From the NCBI GenBank assembly GCA_050177605.1, contig JBFXGX010000005.1:1-64000 (forward strand): a stretch of DNA of 64,000 nucleotides, written 5' to 3'. Made by a program: the position numbers and the translations under genes. Numbering within the stretch: the stretch's first letter is position 1; every line of letters begins with the position of its first letter. Of this stretch, positions 9,135-21,817 are shown one piece after another. This DNA comes from Candidatus Izemoplasmatales bacterium. GTDB lineage: Bacteria > Bacillota_I > Bacilli_A > Izemoplasmatales > Hujiaoplasmataceae. The notes under the pieces were generated by a model. It had not been told where the DNA came from, ran no database searches, and worked only from the letters and a program-made list of their open reading frames with translations.

Positions 9135-10078
9135 TCTGAATCCTTCACTTTCTTTTTGTTTTCTTCAATTTGGCGAACTAAATTCATATTAAATTCTTTC
9201 GCTGAATTATATCCAAATGCCTTGGATTTGTAATCCATGGCAGCAGCTTCTACAAGCGTTGCGGTGTTTCTTGCTTCAGTAATTGGAATAGATACTCTTG
9301 TTAATTCCGTATCAAAAATACACATCTTCTCTTCTTGTAATCCAAGCCGATCAAAGGCTTTATTATCATCCCATTTTTCAAGTTGAACAATCAAAGAAAT
9401 CTTTTTATTTTCTCGGTAGGCTTTCACCCCAAACATATAAACTACATTTACAATCCCGATACCACGTATTTCTAGGTGTTTTTTTAATAGTTGTGGTGCT
9501 TCACCAATGACAATCCCTTTTTCTTTTTGATATACTTCAACAACGTCATCCGCGACTAACATATACCCACGTCTAACCAGTTCGAGTGCAACTTCACTCT
9601 TACCCACGCCACTACTTCCCATAATCATTGTACCAACACCGTTGATATCAAGAAGAACACCATGCATGGATTCTCTTTCAGCTAAATGTGCTTGTAAGAA
9701 TGCAAAACATTCACTGAATAGACTTGACGTCTTATACTGACTCTTTAGCACTGGGATTTGAAATTCGTTCCCATATTCAATAAACATAGATGGAATTTCA
9801 ACATTCTTAGAAAAAATAAAGGCTGGTGGCTGTTTTTCAAACAACATTCGAACACGGATTTGTTGATCATTTTCATTCAACCAATGAAAAAACGTTCCTT
9901 CTTTTGAACCAACGATTTGAATACGATCATGTTCATAAAAATCAAATAACCCGGCCAGTTCTAATCCTGGTTTTGATAAATTTGGATTTTTGACACTTTT
10001 ATCCATTCCTTCTTTTCCGGCGATAACTTCTAATTTCAAGGCATTTGCGACTTCGCGTATAGAAATTTTTTGAGGCAT
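9131..10078 (-). CDS. hprK: HPr kinase/phosphorylase
   Basis: HGVLLD, GSSGVGKSE Walker A, LVADD, LEIRGIGI, DRLG. Confidence 0.96.
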   Translation of the reverse strand: MPQKISIREVANALKLEVIAGKEGMDKSVKNPNLSKPGLELAGLFDFYEHDRIQIVGSKEGTFFHWLNENDQQIRVRMLFEKQPPAFIFSKNVEIPSMFIEYGNEFQIPVLKSQYKTSSLFSECFAFLQAHLAERESMHGVLLDINGVGTMIMGSSGVGKSEVALELVRRGYMLVADDVVEVYQKEKGIVIGEAPQLLKKHLEIRGIGIVNVVYMFGVKAYRENKKISLIVQLEKWDDNKAFDRLGLQEEKMCIFDTELTRVSIPITEARNTATLVEAAAMDYKSKAFGYNSAKEFNMNLVRQIEENKKKVKDSE

Positions 10079-10082
10079 ATAA

Positions 10083-10646
10083 TCACTTCCTATTTTTAAT
10101 TTTGGCTAATCTTAATGAGATAATATGAACTAAGCGAACGTAAATATTCTTCACAAATATTCTCACAAATTGCAATGCAATCACGAAGAATAATGGATAG
10201 ATTTCATTCACAAAAGAAAATGCGCTTGGAAATATATATAAATCAACGAGATAGATAAAAATGATGTTAAATAGATAAAAGATGAGTCCATAAGAATACA
10301 GTACTAGGTTTAAGTATTTCTTCATCAATATATATTTGTACGTTTCTTCGAAAATGGTATAAGATGCCGCAAATATCAGTAGTGTGTATGCACTATTGAT
10401 GGTGAAAAATTGAAAAACAATATTGATAAAGTACATTAAAAGGAAATTGATCAAGAAACTAGCAATGAAATTAATCCATATATTGGTTGAATATTTTGAA
10501 CCGAGATCAATACGAATAACGTTTTTGTCTGGCGCTTTATTTTGCTTGGTTTTTTTCTTTTCAAGATCCTGTTGTTGTTTTACTTCTTCGATTAATTTTT
10601 CTAAGTTTTCTATTTCTTTTTCGATGTCTTCATCAAACTTTGCCAT
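10083..10646 (-). CDS. Membrane protein with N-terminal coiled coil (position of YvlD/holin-like gene upstream of hprK)
   Basis: Charged heptad N-terminus followed by about 4 TM helices; family call rests on synteny only. Confidence 0.6.
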   Translation of the reverse strand: MAKFDEDIEKEIENLEKLIEEVKQQQDLEKKKTKQNKAPDKNVIRIDLGSKYSTNIWINFIASFLINFLLMYFINIVFQFFTINSAYTLLIFAASYTIFEETYKYILMKKYLNLVLYSYGLIFYLFNIIFIYLVDLYIFPSAFSFVNEIYPLFFVIALQFVRIFVKNIYVRLVHIISLRLAKIKNRK

Positions 10647-10726
10647 AAAACATTTCCCTCTATCCTAATTCTATTACTATGATACCACAAAATCACTATT
10701 TTATTTTGAAAAAGCAATAATCAAAA

Positions 10727-10752
10727 AGAAAAAAAGCAGAAATTCTGCTTTT
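10727..10752 (-). terminator. uvrA terminator
   Basis: AAAAGCAGA-ATT-TCTGCTTTT plus T-run immediately after the stop. Confidence 0.7.
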
Positions 10753-13561
10753 ATGACTTTAAGACATGTTTTAAATATTGTCCTGTATAAGAATTCTCTA
10801 CGAGAATTAATTCTTCAGGTGTACCGGTAGCTAAAATCGTTCCTCCTCGGTCTCCGCCTTCTGGTCCAAGATCGATGATATGATCCGCAACCTTTATAAC
10901 ATCGAGATTATGTTCAATGACAATTACGGTTGCGCCTTTTGAAACGATATTTTGGATTACATCAATTAAATTGACGATATCATGGCTATGAAGACCCGTC
11001 GTTGGCTCATCGAGAATATAAATAGACTTATCAGTGATGCGTTTATAAAGTTCACTCGCAAGCTTAACGCGTTGAGCTTCTCCTCCAGAAAGCGTTGTAG
11101 AGGATTGACCTAAACGAATATATCCTAGCCCTACATCATTAATCGTTTTTAGTTTGGCATAAATCTTTGGAATGTTTTCAAAAAACTGGCAAGCTTCTTC
11201 CACAGTCATTTGTAATACATCCGCAATGGTTTTTCCTTTATATTTTACTTGTAATGTTTCCTCGTTATATCGTGCGCCATGACATTCTTCACATTCAACA
11301 TAAATGTCAGGCATAAAATGCATTTCAATTTTAATTAAACCATCTCCAGCACAATGTTCACATCTTCCGCCTTTGACATTGAAACTGAATCTTCCTTTGT
11401 CATAGCCACGAAGTTTTGCTTCTTTGGTTAAAGAGAACAGGTTTCTGATTTCATCAAATACACCAGTGTACGTAGCTGGATTACTTCTAGGAGTTCTTCC
11501 AATTGGAGACTGATCGATATCAATAATCTTATCAAAGTTTTCGACATTGATAATGTCTTCACATTTTCCTGCTACTTCGTTTCTTCTTGTAATTCTATTC
11601 ACAAGCCCTTTAAATAATACTTCGTTGACCAAACTAGATTTTCCAGAACCAGAAACGCCCGTCACAACCGTTAGACAGCCAATCGGAAAATCTGCAGTCA
11701 CACCTTTTAAATTGTTTTGCGTTGCATTCAAAACACGTAAGTATCCTCTTTCGTGAGGACGTCTTGTCTTGGGTATAGGAATAAACAATTCTTTACGTAA
11801 ATACGCTCCCGTAATTGATTTCTTTGATTTTAAGATTTCATCATACGTTCCTGCGAAAACGACTTCTCCACCGTGCTCTCCAGCCCCTGGACCAATATCC
11901 ACAATATAATCTGCATTTTCCATCATTTCCGTGTCGTGTTCAACAATAATCATTGTATTCCCTAAATCACGCATATTTTTCAGTGTGTCAATTAATCTTG
12001 CATTATCTTTTTGGTGGAGTCCAATACTCGGTTCATCAAGGACATATAGAACACCCGTTAAGCGAGATCCAATTTGTGTGGCGAGTCGAATCCGTTGTGC
12101 CTCTCCACCTGAAAGAGAACCTGCGGAACGACTCAATGTTAAGTAATCTAGACCCACATTATTTAAAAAGAGTAATCTTTCTTTCACTTCTTTAAGAATT
12201 GGTTTGGCAATCTCCAAATCCTTTTCTGATAGATTAAGTTTCTCTAAAAACTCTAACAAATGAAGAATACTTAATGCAGTAAAGTCATCAATATTCTTAC
12301 CACCAATATAAACAGATAACGCTTCTTTGCTGAGTCTTTTTCCTTCACAAACCTCACAAGGAATATCATTCATCATGGATTCAATCCAATCACGAATCAT
12401 CCGTGAAGTGGTTTCCATATATCTTCTTTCAAGACTATTGATGACCCCTTCAAAATATCTTTTTGATTGGTGCACTTGATCGCTTGATTTCGATTGGAAG
12501 TGGAAATGAACTAACTTATCTGAACCATATAAAATCATGTTTCTTTCGTCTTCTGTCAGTTCATTAAAAGGCTTGTAAATATCGATATCATGCGCTTTAC
12601 ACGCTTGAATTACTTGTTGGAGATAGATTGATTCAGTGTTGGCATATTTATCTAAAACACCTTCCATAATCGATTTCTCTGGATGAGGAATTAGAAGGTT
12701 CACATCAATCTTTCTTTTAAATCCCAACCCTGAACATTCAGGGCACGCTCCATAAGGACTATTGAACGAAAAGAGTCTTGGCTCCATTGCGCTAATTGTA
12801 AATCCACAATGAGGACAACTAAGATGTTCGCTAAATAAAAACTCTTCATCATTAATCATCACTTTTGCTAAACCATCCGCAAGACGAGTCGCAGTTTCTA
12901 ATGAATCATAGACTCTTGATCGAATACCATCTTTTACAACGACACGGTCAATGACTACATCGATATCATATCTTTTTGTCTTTTCTAATTTGATATCTTG
13001 ATCGAGCTCAATATATTCATCATTCAGTTTAATTCTTGTGTATCCGTCTTTACGAAGTTGCTCAATCATTTTATCATGAGTACCTTTTTTACCTCTTACC
13101 ACTGGAGATAAGATAATCACTTTTGCATTATCATATTCAAGCACTCTATTCGTCATTTCTTGAATCGATTGTGAAGATATTTCAATTCCATGTTCTGGAC
13201 AATAAGCTTTACCAATACGAGCGTATAATAACCTTACATAATCATAGATTTCGGTAACAGTCCCTACTGTAGATCTAGGATTGTTTGAAGTCGTTTTTTG
13301 GTCAATAGAAATTGCAGGCGAAAGTCCTTCAATTGAATCCACATCTGGTTTTTCCATATTCCCAAGAAATTGTCTTGCATACGCGCTTAAACTTTCAACG
13401 TATCTTCTTCTTCCTTCTTCGTATATCGTATCAAATGCCAAACTGGTCTTGCCTGAACCGCTAAGACCCGTCATCACTATCATACTGTTTTTTGGAAGTG
13501 TTAAATCAATCGATTTGAGATTGTTCTCTCTCGCACCCTTGATAATAATTGAGTCATTCAT
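10751..13561 (-). CDS. uvrA: Excinuclease ABC subunit A
   Basis: GARENNLK, two ABC ATPase sites (GLSGSGKT, GVSGSGKS), LSGGEAQR twice, Zn fingers. Confidence 0.98.
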   Translation of the reverse strand: MNDSIIIKGARENNLKSIDLTLPKNSMIVMTGLSGSGKTSLAFDTIYEEGRRRYVESLSAYARQFLGNMEKPDVDSIEGLSPAISIDQKTTSNNPRSTVGTVTEIYDYVRLLYARIGKAYCPEHGIEISSQSIQEMTNRVLEYDNAKVIILSPVVRGKKGTHDKMIEQLRKDGYTRIKLNDEYIELDQDIKLEKTKRYDIDVVIDRVVVKDGIRSRVYDSLETATRLADGLAKVMINDEEFLFSEHLSCPHCGFTISAMEPRLFSFNSPYGACPECSGLGFKRKIDVNLLIPHPEKSIMEGVLDKYANTESIYLQQVIQACKAHDIDIYKPFNELTEDERNMILYGSDKLVHFHFQSKSSDQVHQSKRYFEGVINSLERRYMETTSRMIRDWIESMMNDIPCEVCEGKRLSKEALSVYIGGKNIDDFTALSILHLLEFLEKLNLSEKDLEIAKPILKEVKERLLFLNNVGLDYLTLSRSAGSLSGGEAQRIRLATQIGSRLTGVLYVLDEPSIGLHQKDNARLIDTLKNMRDLGNTMIIVEHDTEMMENADYIVDIGPGAGEHGGEVVFAGTYDEILKSKKSITGAYLRKELFIPIPKTRRPHERGYLRVLNATQNNLKGVTADFPIGCLTVVTGVSGSGKSSLVNEVLFKGLVNRITRRNEVAGKCEDIINVENFDKIIDIDQSPIGRTPRSNPATYTGVFDEIRNLFSLTKEAKLRGYDKGRFSFNVKGGRCEHCAGDGLIKIEMHFMPDIYVECEECHGARYNEETLQVKYKGKTIADVLQMTVEEACQFFENIPKIYAKLKTINDVGLGYIRLGQSSTTLSGGEAQRVKLASELYKRITDKSIYILDEPTTGLHSHDIVNLIDVIQNIVSKGATVIVIEHNLDVIKVADHIIDLGPEGGDRGGTILATGTPEELILVENSYTGQYLKHVLKS

Positions 13562-13577
13562 CCTATCACCTTTCTTC

Positions 13578-13586
13578 ATTATATCA
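13578..13586 (-). promoter_or_regulatory. Extended -10 promoter (TGnTATAAT) for uvrA
   Basis: TGATATAAT just upstream of the AAAGGTGA RBS. Confidence 0.55.
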
Positions 13587-13609
13587 TATGAGAAGAAAGA
13601 AGAACCTTT

Positions 13610-15601
<1,992 letters not shown>

Positions 15602-17791
15602 TTAACCTACCTTTTCAATACTAGGATGATCTTTCATTAATACTTTTATGCCTGTATTTTTATCGAATGCAATCGTAGCCTTATCTCCTTGAATGGAAAC
15701 AATGACCCCGATACCAAATACTTTATGCTTAATTCTATCGCCTATAACAAGATGATTATTTGTTTTCTCATAACTTTCCTGAGTTTCAGGTGTCACATAA
15801 CTTTCTGTGCGATGTTTGACTTTTTCGGTGGTGATCTCTCTTGGCCTAGACAATCCTAATTTTTCAATAACACTTGAATCTAATTCATTGATAAACTGCG
15901 AATCTGGATTCTCCATATAACGTCCATACATAAATCTCGTTCTTGCATTTGTTAAAAAAGCAAATTCCTTCGCTCTTGTGAGGGCAACATAAAATAATCT
16001 ACGCTCTTCTTCAACATCTGCTTTTTCAAATAAGCTTTGACTGCTAGGAAAAAGTGTTTGTTCTAACGTTGTAACAAAAACCACTTTAAATTCGAGCCCT
16101 TTCGCACTATGGATTGTCATTAAACTAACATATTCGCTGTTTTCTAATAAACTTTCTGTTTCTTCCCTTAAAGATAAGTCTTCAAGGATATCAATCAACT
16201 TCTCATAGTTTGTTACTTCGGCATCGTAATCTTTTATTTTTTCTAAAAGAATCGTTTTAAATTCTTGAAGGTTTTCAATACGTCTTTCAGATTCGAATTT
16301 CTTTTCGAGTGATGCATCCGCGTTTTCCAGCATCGCCATATAACCACTTTCTTTTAATAAAGCATCATAGGTTTCAAGCAAATTTCGTTCTTCTAGTTTC
16401 TTTTGAATATCGAGTAAACTATGTTTTAACTCTAATAAGCGATGCAGCGCAGCCTTCGGAATAAATTCTGAACTTTCATCAACCACGTCTATTAATTTTA
16501 GATTGGACATCAGTGCTGCCTCTTGCATTTTTTGGAAAGTAACGTTTCCAACACCCCTTTTAGGTTCGTTATAGATACGTTCAAATGCAAAATCATCACC
16601 TAAATTCACAATCAACCTTAAATAAGCAATGATATCTTTGATTTCTTTTCTTTTATAGAAGGATGTATTTCCAATCACCTTATACGGAATATTATACTTT
16701 AACAAAACATCCTCATATCGACGAGACATCGCATTGTTTCGATAAAAAATTGCCATATCACTAAATGGAATGCCTTCTTTATTAAGTGTCTTAATTTTCG
16801 AATAAATGTAATAAGCTTCTTCTTCATCATTATCTGCTTTGTAATGAACTACCTTTTCTCCCGGTCCTAGATCCGAATATAAATCTTTAGGAATACGATT
16901 ACGATTATGCTTAATAACACTGTTTGCGGCTTGTAATATGTTCGTTCTAGAACGATAATTTTGATTCAAAATAATCGTCACAAATTCAGGAAAATCTTTC
17001 ATAAATTTACGAATATTTTGTATATTCGACCCTCTGAAAGCATAAATACTTTGATCTTCATCGCCTACAATAAACAGATTATGATGATCTAGTGCTAACA
17101 GATGAACAATCTCATATTGTAAGTCGTTCGTGTCTTGGAACTCATCTACCAGGATGTATTTGAATTGTTCTTGGTAATATTTTAATACTGTTTTTTCTTG
17201 TCTAAATAGTTTTAATACTAGCACAAGTAAATCCTGAAAATCGACCAGATTATTTCTAAACAAATACTTTTGATATGCTTCAAATACTTGGCTTAAAATA
17301 GATCTTACTGGCTCTTGATGTAAAGCGAGCGTATGACCATCTGCTTTTGCTTCGGTAATCATACTATAAAACGCCTTCGGCGAAAACTTCTTTATATCGT
17401 AATTAAGATCATTTAATATGTTTTTCGTAATGATAACCGAATCGTCATCATCAATAATTTGAAAATCTGTTTTATACCCTAGATGCTCAATGTCTTTTCT
17501 TAGTATTTTTGCGCCCATCGCGTGAAATGTTGAAATCCAAATACCCTTTAATGGAATATCAATCAACTTAAAAACCCTAGAACGCATCTCTTCGGCTGCG
17601 CGATTGGTAAAGGTGATTGCGAGAATTTGACTTGCAGGAATCCCTACTTCTTCAATTAAATAAGCAATACGATTCGTTAAAACACGTGTTTTTCCAGAAC
17701 CAGCTCCGGCAACAGCCATCACTGGACCGTTAACGATTTTTACAGCCTCAATTTGCTTTTCATTTAGTTTTTGAAATATCTTATTTTCCAA
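15602..17791 (-). CDS. pcrA: ATP-dependent DNA helicase PcrA/UvrD
   Basis: AGAGSGKT, VDEFQDTN, VGDEDQSIYAFRG, QNYRS, TIHSAKGLEF; probable TTG start after AGGTGA (17800 GTG is the alternative). Confidence 0.96.
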   Translation of the reverse strand: MENKIFQKLNEKQIEAVKIVNGPVMAVAGAGSGKTRVLTNRIAYLIEEVGIPASQILAITFTNRAAEEMRSRVFKLIDIPLKGIWISTFHAMGAKILRKDIEHLGYKTDFQIIDDDDSVIITKNILNDLNYDIKKFSPKAFYSMITEAKADGHTLALHQEPVRSILSQVFEAYQKYLFRNNLVDFQDLLVLVLKLFRQEKTVLKYYQEQFKYILVDEFQDTNDLQYEIVHLLALDHHNLFIVGDEDQSIYAFRGSNIQNIRKFMKDFPEFVTIILNQNYRSRTNILQAANSVIKHNRNRIPKDLYSDLGPGEKVVHYKADNDEEEAYYIYSKIKTLNKEGIPFSDMAIFYRNNAMSRRYEDVLLKYNIPYKVIGNTSFYKRKEIKDIIAYLRLIVNLGDDFAFERIYNEPKRGVGNVTFQKMQEAALMSNLKLIDVVDESSEFIPKAALHRLLELKHSLLDIQKKLEERNLLETYDALLKESGYMAMLENADASLEKKFESERRIENLQEFKTILLEKIKDYDAEVTNYEKLIDILEDLSLREETESLLENSEYVSLMTIHSAKGLEFKVVFVTTLEQTLFPSSQSLFEKADVEEERRLFYVALTRAKEFAFLTNARTRFMYGRYMENPDSQFINELDSSVIEKLGLSRPREITTEKVKHRTESYVTPETQESYEKTNNHLVIGDRIKHKVFGIGVIVSIQGDKATIAFDKNTGIKVLMKDHPSIEKVG

Positions 17792-17847
17792 TCTTATCAC
17801 CTATCTATATTATACCATATTTGCATCCTTTCTTTTCCTCCTAGAGT

Positions 17848-17873
17848 AAAAAAAATCAACGTTTTCACGTTGA
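17848..17873 (-). terminator. Intrinsic terminator
   Basis: TCAACG-TGAAAA-CGTTGA followed by T8 on minus strand. Confidence 0.65.
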
Positions 17874-17874
17874 C

Positions 17875-18111
17875 TTATTTTTGATGTTCATTGATATTTT
17901 TTGCTTTGATAAATCTCAAAAACCAGATTACTGCTTGTGACAAAGATAGGAGAAACATCACTAGAAAAATCGTTCCAAAGAAGATGACTTCTGTCAAGAC
18001 GCCACCACTTTCAATTAACGAAAGAAGGGCAACGATATTGATTGTCAGTGCAAATCCACTAAGAATCGCAAGAACAAGAAATCCTAAACTATAAAAAAGT
18101 GACTTTTTCAT
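17875..18111 (-). CDS. Small two-TM membrane protein of unknown function
   Basis: 78 aa; starts 2 nt after the glnS stop and is followed by a terminator. Confidence 0.65.
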   Translation of the reverse strand: MKKSLFYSLGFLVLAILSGFALTINIVALLSLIESGGVLTEVIFFGTIFLVMFLLSLSQAVIWFLRFIKAKNINEHQK

Positions 18112-18113
18112 TG

Positions 18114-19748
18114 TTATTTGTTAAAACTTGATTTTAGTTCCACAATACGATTGAACACCAAGTTTTCCTTTGTTGAAGTTTTATCTGTCGCAAAATAACC
18201 ATTACGAATAAATTGGAATCTTTCTAATGTTGAAGTATCTGCTAAAGAAGGCTCTACATAACCTTCCGCGATGTTCCAAGAATGTGGATTAAGTCTTTCA
18301 ACTAAATCTCGATCACTATCACTATCTACCATAAGCGGCTCTAACAAATTAAAAGTTGCTTTTAAGGCTGTCGAAGCTTCAAGAAAATGAATGTTTCCGT
18401 TTGGTTTTCTTTCATTAAATCCTGACCCAGATTTTGTTAATTCATCATATGTGACATGAAGTTTTGTAACATTTCCTGCTTCATCATAAAAAACTTCATT
18501 ACATTTGATGAAATAAGCATGCATTAACCTTACTTCAAGCCCTTTGGATAATCTCTTCCAATGTTTATTCGGTTTTTCTTCTAAGAAATCGCTTCGCTCA
18601 ATATATAGTTCTTTACCAAATGGTAATTTTCTAGATCCTAGTTCAAGATTGTCTTGATTGTATTCCACATCTAGATATTCAATTCCTTGATCATAATTCG
18701 TAATGATCACTTTAATCGGATCAATAATCGCATTGACTCTTTTTGTTTTTCCAACAAGGTCATTTCTAAGTTCGTTTTCAAGCATTTCAGTAGAAACAGT
18801 GGAGTTAATTCTAGATAATCCTGTGCCTAACACAAAATTACGAATCGATTCCTTAGTATATCCACGACGTCTTAATCCGGCAAGAGTTGGCATACGAGGG
18901 TCGTCATAACCTTTGACCAGTTTTTGATCCACAAGTTGTTTTAAATATCTCTTTGACATGATTGTGTTTTCAATATTCAAACGACCAAACTCATATTGAT
19001 GTGGGACATGTGGCATTTCACACTTTTCAACGAACCAATCATAAAGTATTCGATGATCTACATACTCTAATGAACATAAAGAATGTGTAACGCCTTCAAT
19101 CGCATCTTGAATTGGATGAGCAAAATCATACATTGGATAAATGCACCATTTATCCCCTGTGTTATGATGCGTAATATGGATAATACGGTAAATGACAGGA
19201 TCGCGTAAATTAATGTTAGGACTCGCCATATCAATTTTGGCACGTAATGTCTTTTCTCCGTCTTTATATCTTCCTTGTCTCATTTCATCGAATAATTTCA
19301 AGTTTTCTTCAATTGTTCGATTGCGATAAGGAGATTCTTTTCCTGGTTCAGTTAAAGAACCACGATATTTAGATACTTCTTCTTGATTCAAGTCGCAAAC
19401 ATATGCTAAACCTTTTTTGATTAGCAATATCGCCAAATGATAGGTTTGTTCGAAATAATCACTACCAAACAAAATGTTTTTTGGTTCATACCCAAGCCAT
19501 TTGATATCTTCTTTAATGGCTTCCACAAAAGAAGAGTCTTCCTTCACTGGATTTGTATCATCAAAACGAAGATTTGTATAACCTGAAAATACTTTCGCGA
19601 GTTCAAAGTTTGTTATAATCGCTCTAGCGTGTCCTATATGCAAATAAGCATTTGGTTCAGGTGGAAATCTTGTAATAATCGAAGATACTTTACCAGAGGC
19701 TAAATCTTCTTCCATGATTGTTTTAATAAAATTAGATTCAATTTCCAT
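18114..19748 (-). CDS. glnS: Glutamine--tRNA ligase
   Basis: TRFPPEPNAYLHIGH, LRFDDTNP, YPMYDFAH, MSKR, DDPRMPT, RFQFIRNGYF. Confidence 0.93.
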   Translation of the reverse strand: MEIESNFIKTIMEEDLASGKVSSIITRFPPEPNAYLHIGHARAIITNFELAKVFSGYTNLRFDDTNPVKEDSSFVEAIKEDIKWLGYEPKNILFGSDYFEQTYHLAILLIKKGLAYVCDLNQEEVSKYRGSLTEPGKESPYRNRTIEENLKLFDEMRQGRYKDGEKTLRAKIDMASPNINLRDPVIYRIIHITHHNTGDKWCIYPMYDFAHPIQDAIEGVTHSLCSLEYVDHRILYDWFVEKCEMPHVPHQYEFGRLNIENTIMSKRYLKQLVDQKLVKGYDDPRMPTLAGLRRRGYTKESIRNFVLGTGLSRINSTVSTEMLENELRNDLVGKTKRVNAIIDPIKVIITNYDQGIEYLDVEYNQDNLELGSRKLPFGKELYIERSDFLEEKPNKHWKRLSKGLEVRLMHAYFIKCNEVFYDEAGNVTKLHVTYDELTKSGSGFNERKPNGNIHFLEASTALKATFNLLEPLMVDSDSDRDLVERLNPHSWNIAEGYVEPSLADTSTLERFQFIRNGYFATDKTSTKENLVFNRIVELKSSFNK

Positions 19749-19752
19749 AGTT

Positions 19753-20760
19753 TCACCTTCTAGTTAGATCAAGTCTAGATGACCCATTAAGGTATAGGTC
19801 ATCCACTTGATGATTTTTTAAATATTTAAATGTACCGCTGACCGCAATCATCGCAGCATTGTCTGTACAATAACGAATATGTGGAAAATAGACAGGTACC
19901 GATGTTATTTCCTTCTGCATTTTTGCGCGTAATCCTTTATTCGCCGCAACGCCTCCAGCTACAATTACTTGCTTAACTTGATAATGCTCTAATGCATCTT
20001 TTGTCTTTTTCACTAAAACATCCGTAACGGCTTCTTGAAAACTGCGGCAGAAATTAGCATTATTTATATCTTCCTTACGCTGGACTAAATTGTGATGTAA
20101 ATTAATGACATGACTCTTGAGTCCTGAAAAACTGAAATTAAAATCTTTAGAATCAATCATCGGACGAGGAAAATGATATACATCTTCACCCTCTACTGAT
20201 AATTTATCAACTTGAGGTCCACCAGGATAAGGTAAATCAAGAACTCTAGCGACCTTGTCATAAGCTTCACCCACAGCGTCATCCATGGTTTCACCTATTT
20301 TTTCAAAATCATAATGTTCTTTCATTAATATAAGTTCTGTATGTCCTCCCGAGACAACCAAAGCCAGAAGCGGAAATTCCATATCATGTTCGATATTATT
20401 TGCATAAATATGCCCAGAGATATGGTGTACCCCAAGAATGGGGATATGGTAATTCAGACTGATGACTTTTGCGGCATTTACCCCGATAAGAAGGGATCCA
20501 ATTAACCCCGGACCTTCAGTCACCGCAATTAAGTCTATGTCTTCATACTTTATTCCAGCTTTGGTGATGGCCTGGTCAAACACGTAGGTTATCCCTTTGA
20601 CGTGTTCTCTTGAAGCAATTTCAGGAACAACACCGCCATAGGCTTTATGGATATCTATTTGACTTAGGACTTCGTTCGATAAAACAATTTTACCGTCTTT
20701 TACGACGCTAACGCTGGTTTCGTCGCAACTTGTTTCAACACCTAGTACAATCATATTCAT
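19753..20760 (-). CDS. tsaD: tRNA N6-adenosine threonylcarbamoyltransferase
   Basis: [39 protein letters not shown]. Confidence 0.97.
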   Translation of the reverse strand: MNMIVLGVETSCDETSVSVVKDGKIVLSNEVLSQIDIHKAYGGVVPEIASREHVKGITYVFDQAITKAGIKYEDIDLIAVTEGPGLIGSLLIGVNAAKVISLNYHIPILGVHHISGHIYANNIEHDMEFPLLALVVSGGHTELILMKEHYDFEKIGETMDDAVGEAYDKVARVLDLPYPGGPQVDKLSVEGEDVYHFPRPMIDSKDFNFSFSGLKSHVINLHHNLVQRKEDINNANFCRSFQEAVTDVLVKKTKDALEHYQVKQVIVAGGVAANKGLRAKMQKEITSVPVYFPHIRYCTDNAAMIAVSGTFKYLKNHQVDDLYLNGSSRLDLTRR

Positions 20761-20765
20761 TCACT

Positions 20766-21221
20766 TCACATTCTTTTTAACATTAAGAAGGCATCTTCTC
20801 CATTATCGTAATATTCTCTGCGAATTGCGACTTGTTTAAATCCATACTTCTCATACAGAGCAATAGCACGCTTATTTGTAGTTCTTACCTCTAAAGATAT
20901 TTCTGTTACATCAAAGGATTTTACGTAATCGCACATAAAATCTAACAAAATAATAGATAATTTGTTTCCTTGAAACTCGGGCATAATGTAGACATTAATG
21001 ATTTGAGCTGTCGGACTATCAATCCACAGACTAATCATTCCTAAAAAATCACCTGTTGTTTCATCCTCCAAGAAAAAATAATGAGCAAAAGGATTGTCGT
21101 TTAGTTCAAAACGATAAGTCTCTTCTCCTAAAGTATGTCCTAAGACAATACGATCATTTTTTACTAGTAAGGGAATATCTTCGTGATTCATATCACGAAT
21201 GATTGGTTTTAAGATCGACAT
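20766..21221 (-). CDS. rimI: Ribosomal protein alanine N-acetyltransferase (GNAT)
   Basis: LEVR..N..AI.LY.KYGF, RREYY...EDA; sits in the tsaB-rimI-tsaD cluster. Confidence 0.88.
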   Translation of the reverse strand: MSILKPIIRDMNHEDIPLLVKNDRIVLGHTLGEETYRFELNDNPFAHYFFLEDETTGDFLGMISLWIDSPTAQIINVYIMPEFQGNKLSIILLDFMCDYVKSFDVTEISLEVRTTNKRAIALYEKYGFKQVAIRREYYDNGEDAFLMLKRM

Positions 21222-21817
21222 AAGTTTCTTTCTGCCTCGGTTATTTGTAAGTAATTTGGTACAAGTTCATGTACGTTTTCAACGTGTGTTAAAAGATCAG
21301 AATGAATAATCTTTTGGATTTGTGGCTTCCCAGAAACAACAAAATCAAAAGGTTGTTGGAGATTGTTTAAAAAATCCTCTGTACTTGTAAGCGTGTCTTC
21401 TTTCAACGCTGCCAATCTTCCGTCCGTTAGCTCATAGAGCGCAATAAAGGAGTTTCCTCTTCTAGCATCAATGGATGGAACGATATATCGATTATCACTA
21501 CTAGACGCTAGTAATGCGAGTGATGAAATAGATTTCAGAGGAATATTATTTAAGTATCCTATCATTTTTGCTATAGAAACACCAATGCGAACGCCGGTAT
21601 AACTACCAGGTCCGATACCAATAATGACTTCGTCAATATCTCTTAGTTCTAGGTCAGCCTTTTTTAGTAATTGCTCGATAAAAGGCAAAATAGTAACAGA
21701 ATGATTTTGATGACCAAATTCATACACCGTATCCATTTCTTTATCATCAATTAATAAAGCTAGGTACATATATTCTGATGCGGTATCAATTACCAATCGT
21801 TTGAAGGATTTCTTCAT
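21209..21817 (-). CDS. tsaB: t6A biosynthesis protein TsaB
   Basis: IDTA, GPGSYTGVRIG, IDARR, PNYL. Confidence 0.95.
   Translation of the reverse strand: MKKSFKRLVIDTASEYMYLALLIDDKEMDTVYEFGHQNHSVTILPFIEQLLKKADLELRDIDEVIIGIGPGSYTGVRIGVSIAKMIGYLNNIPLKSISSLALLASSSDNRYIVPSIDARRGNSFIALYELTDGRLAALKEDTLTSTEDFLNNLQQPFDFVVSGKPQIQKIIHSDLLTHVENVHELVPNYLQITEAERNLCRS

Noticed and set aside
13562..13609. LexA/SOS box upstream of uvrA
   Set aside because: No GAAC-N4-GTTC match found
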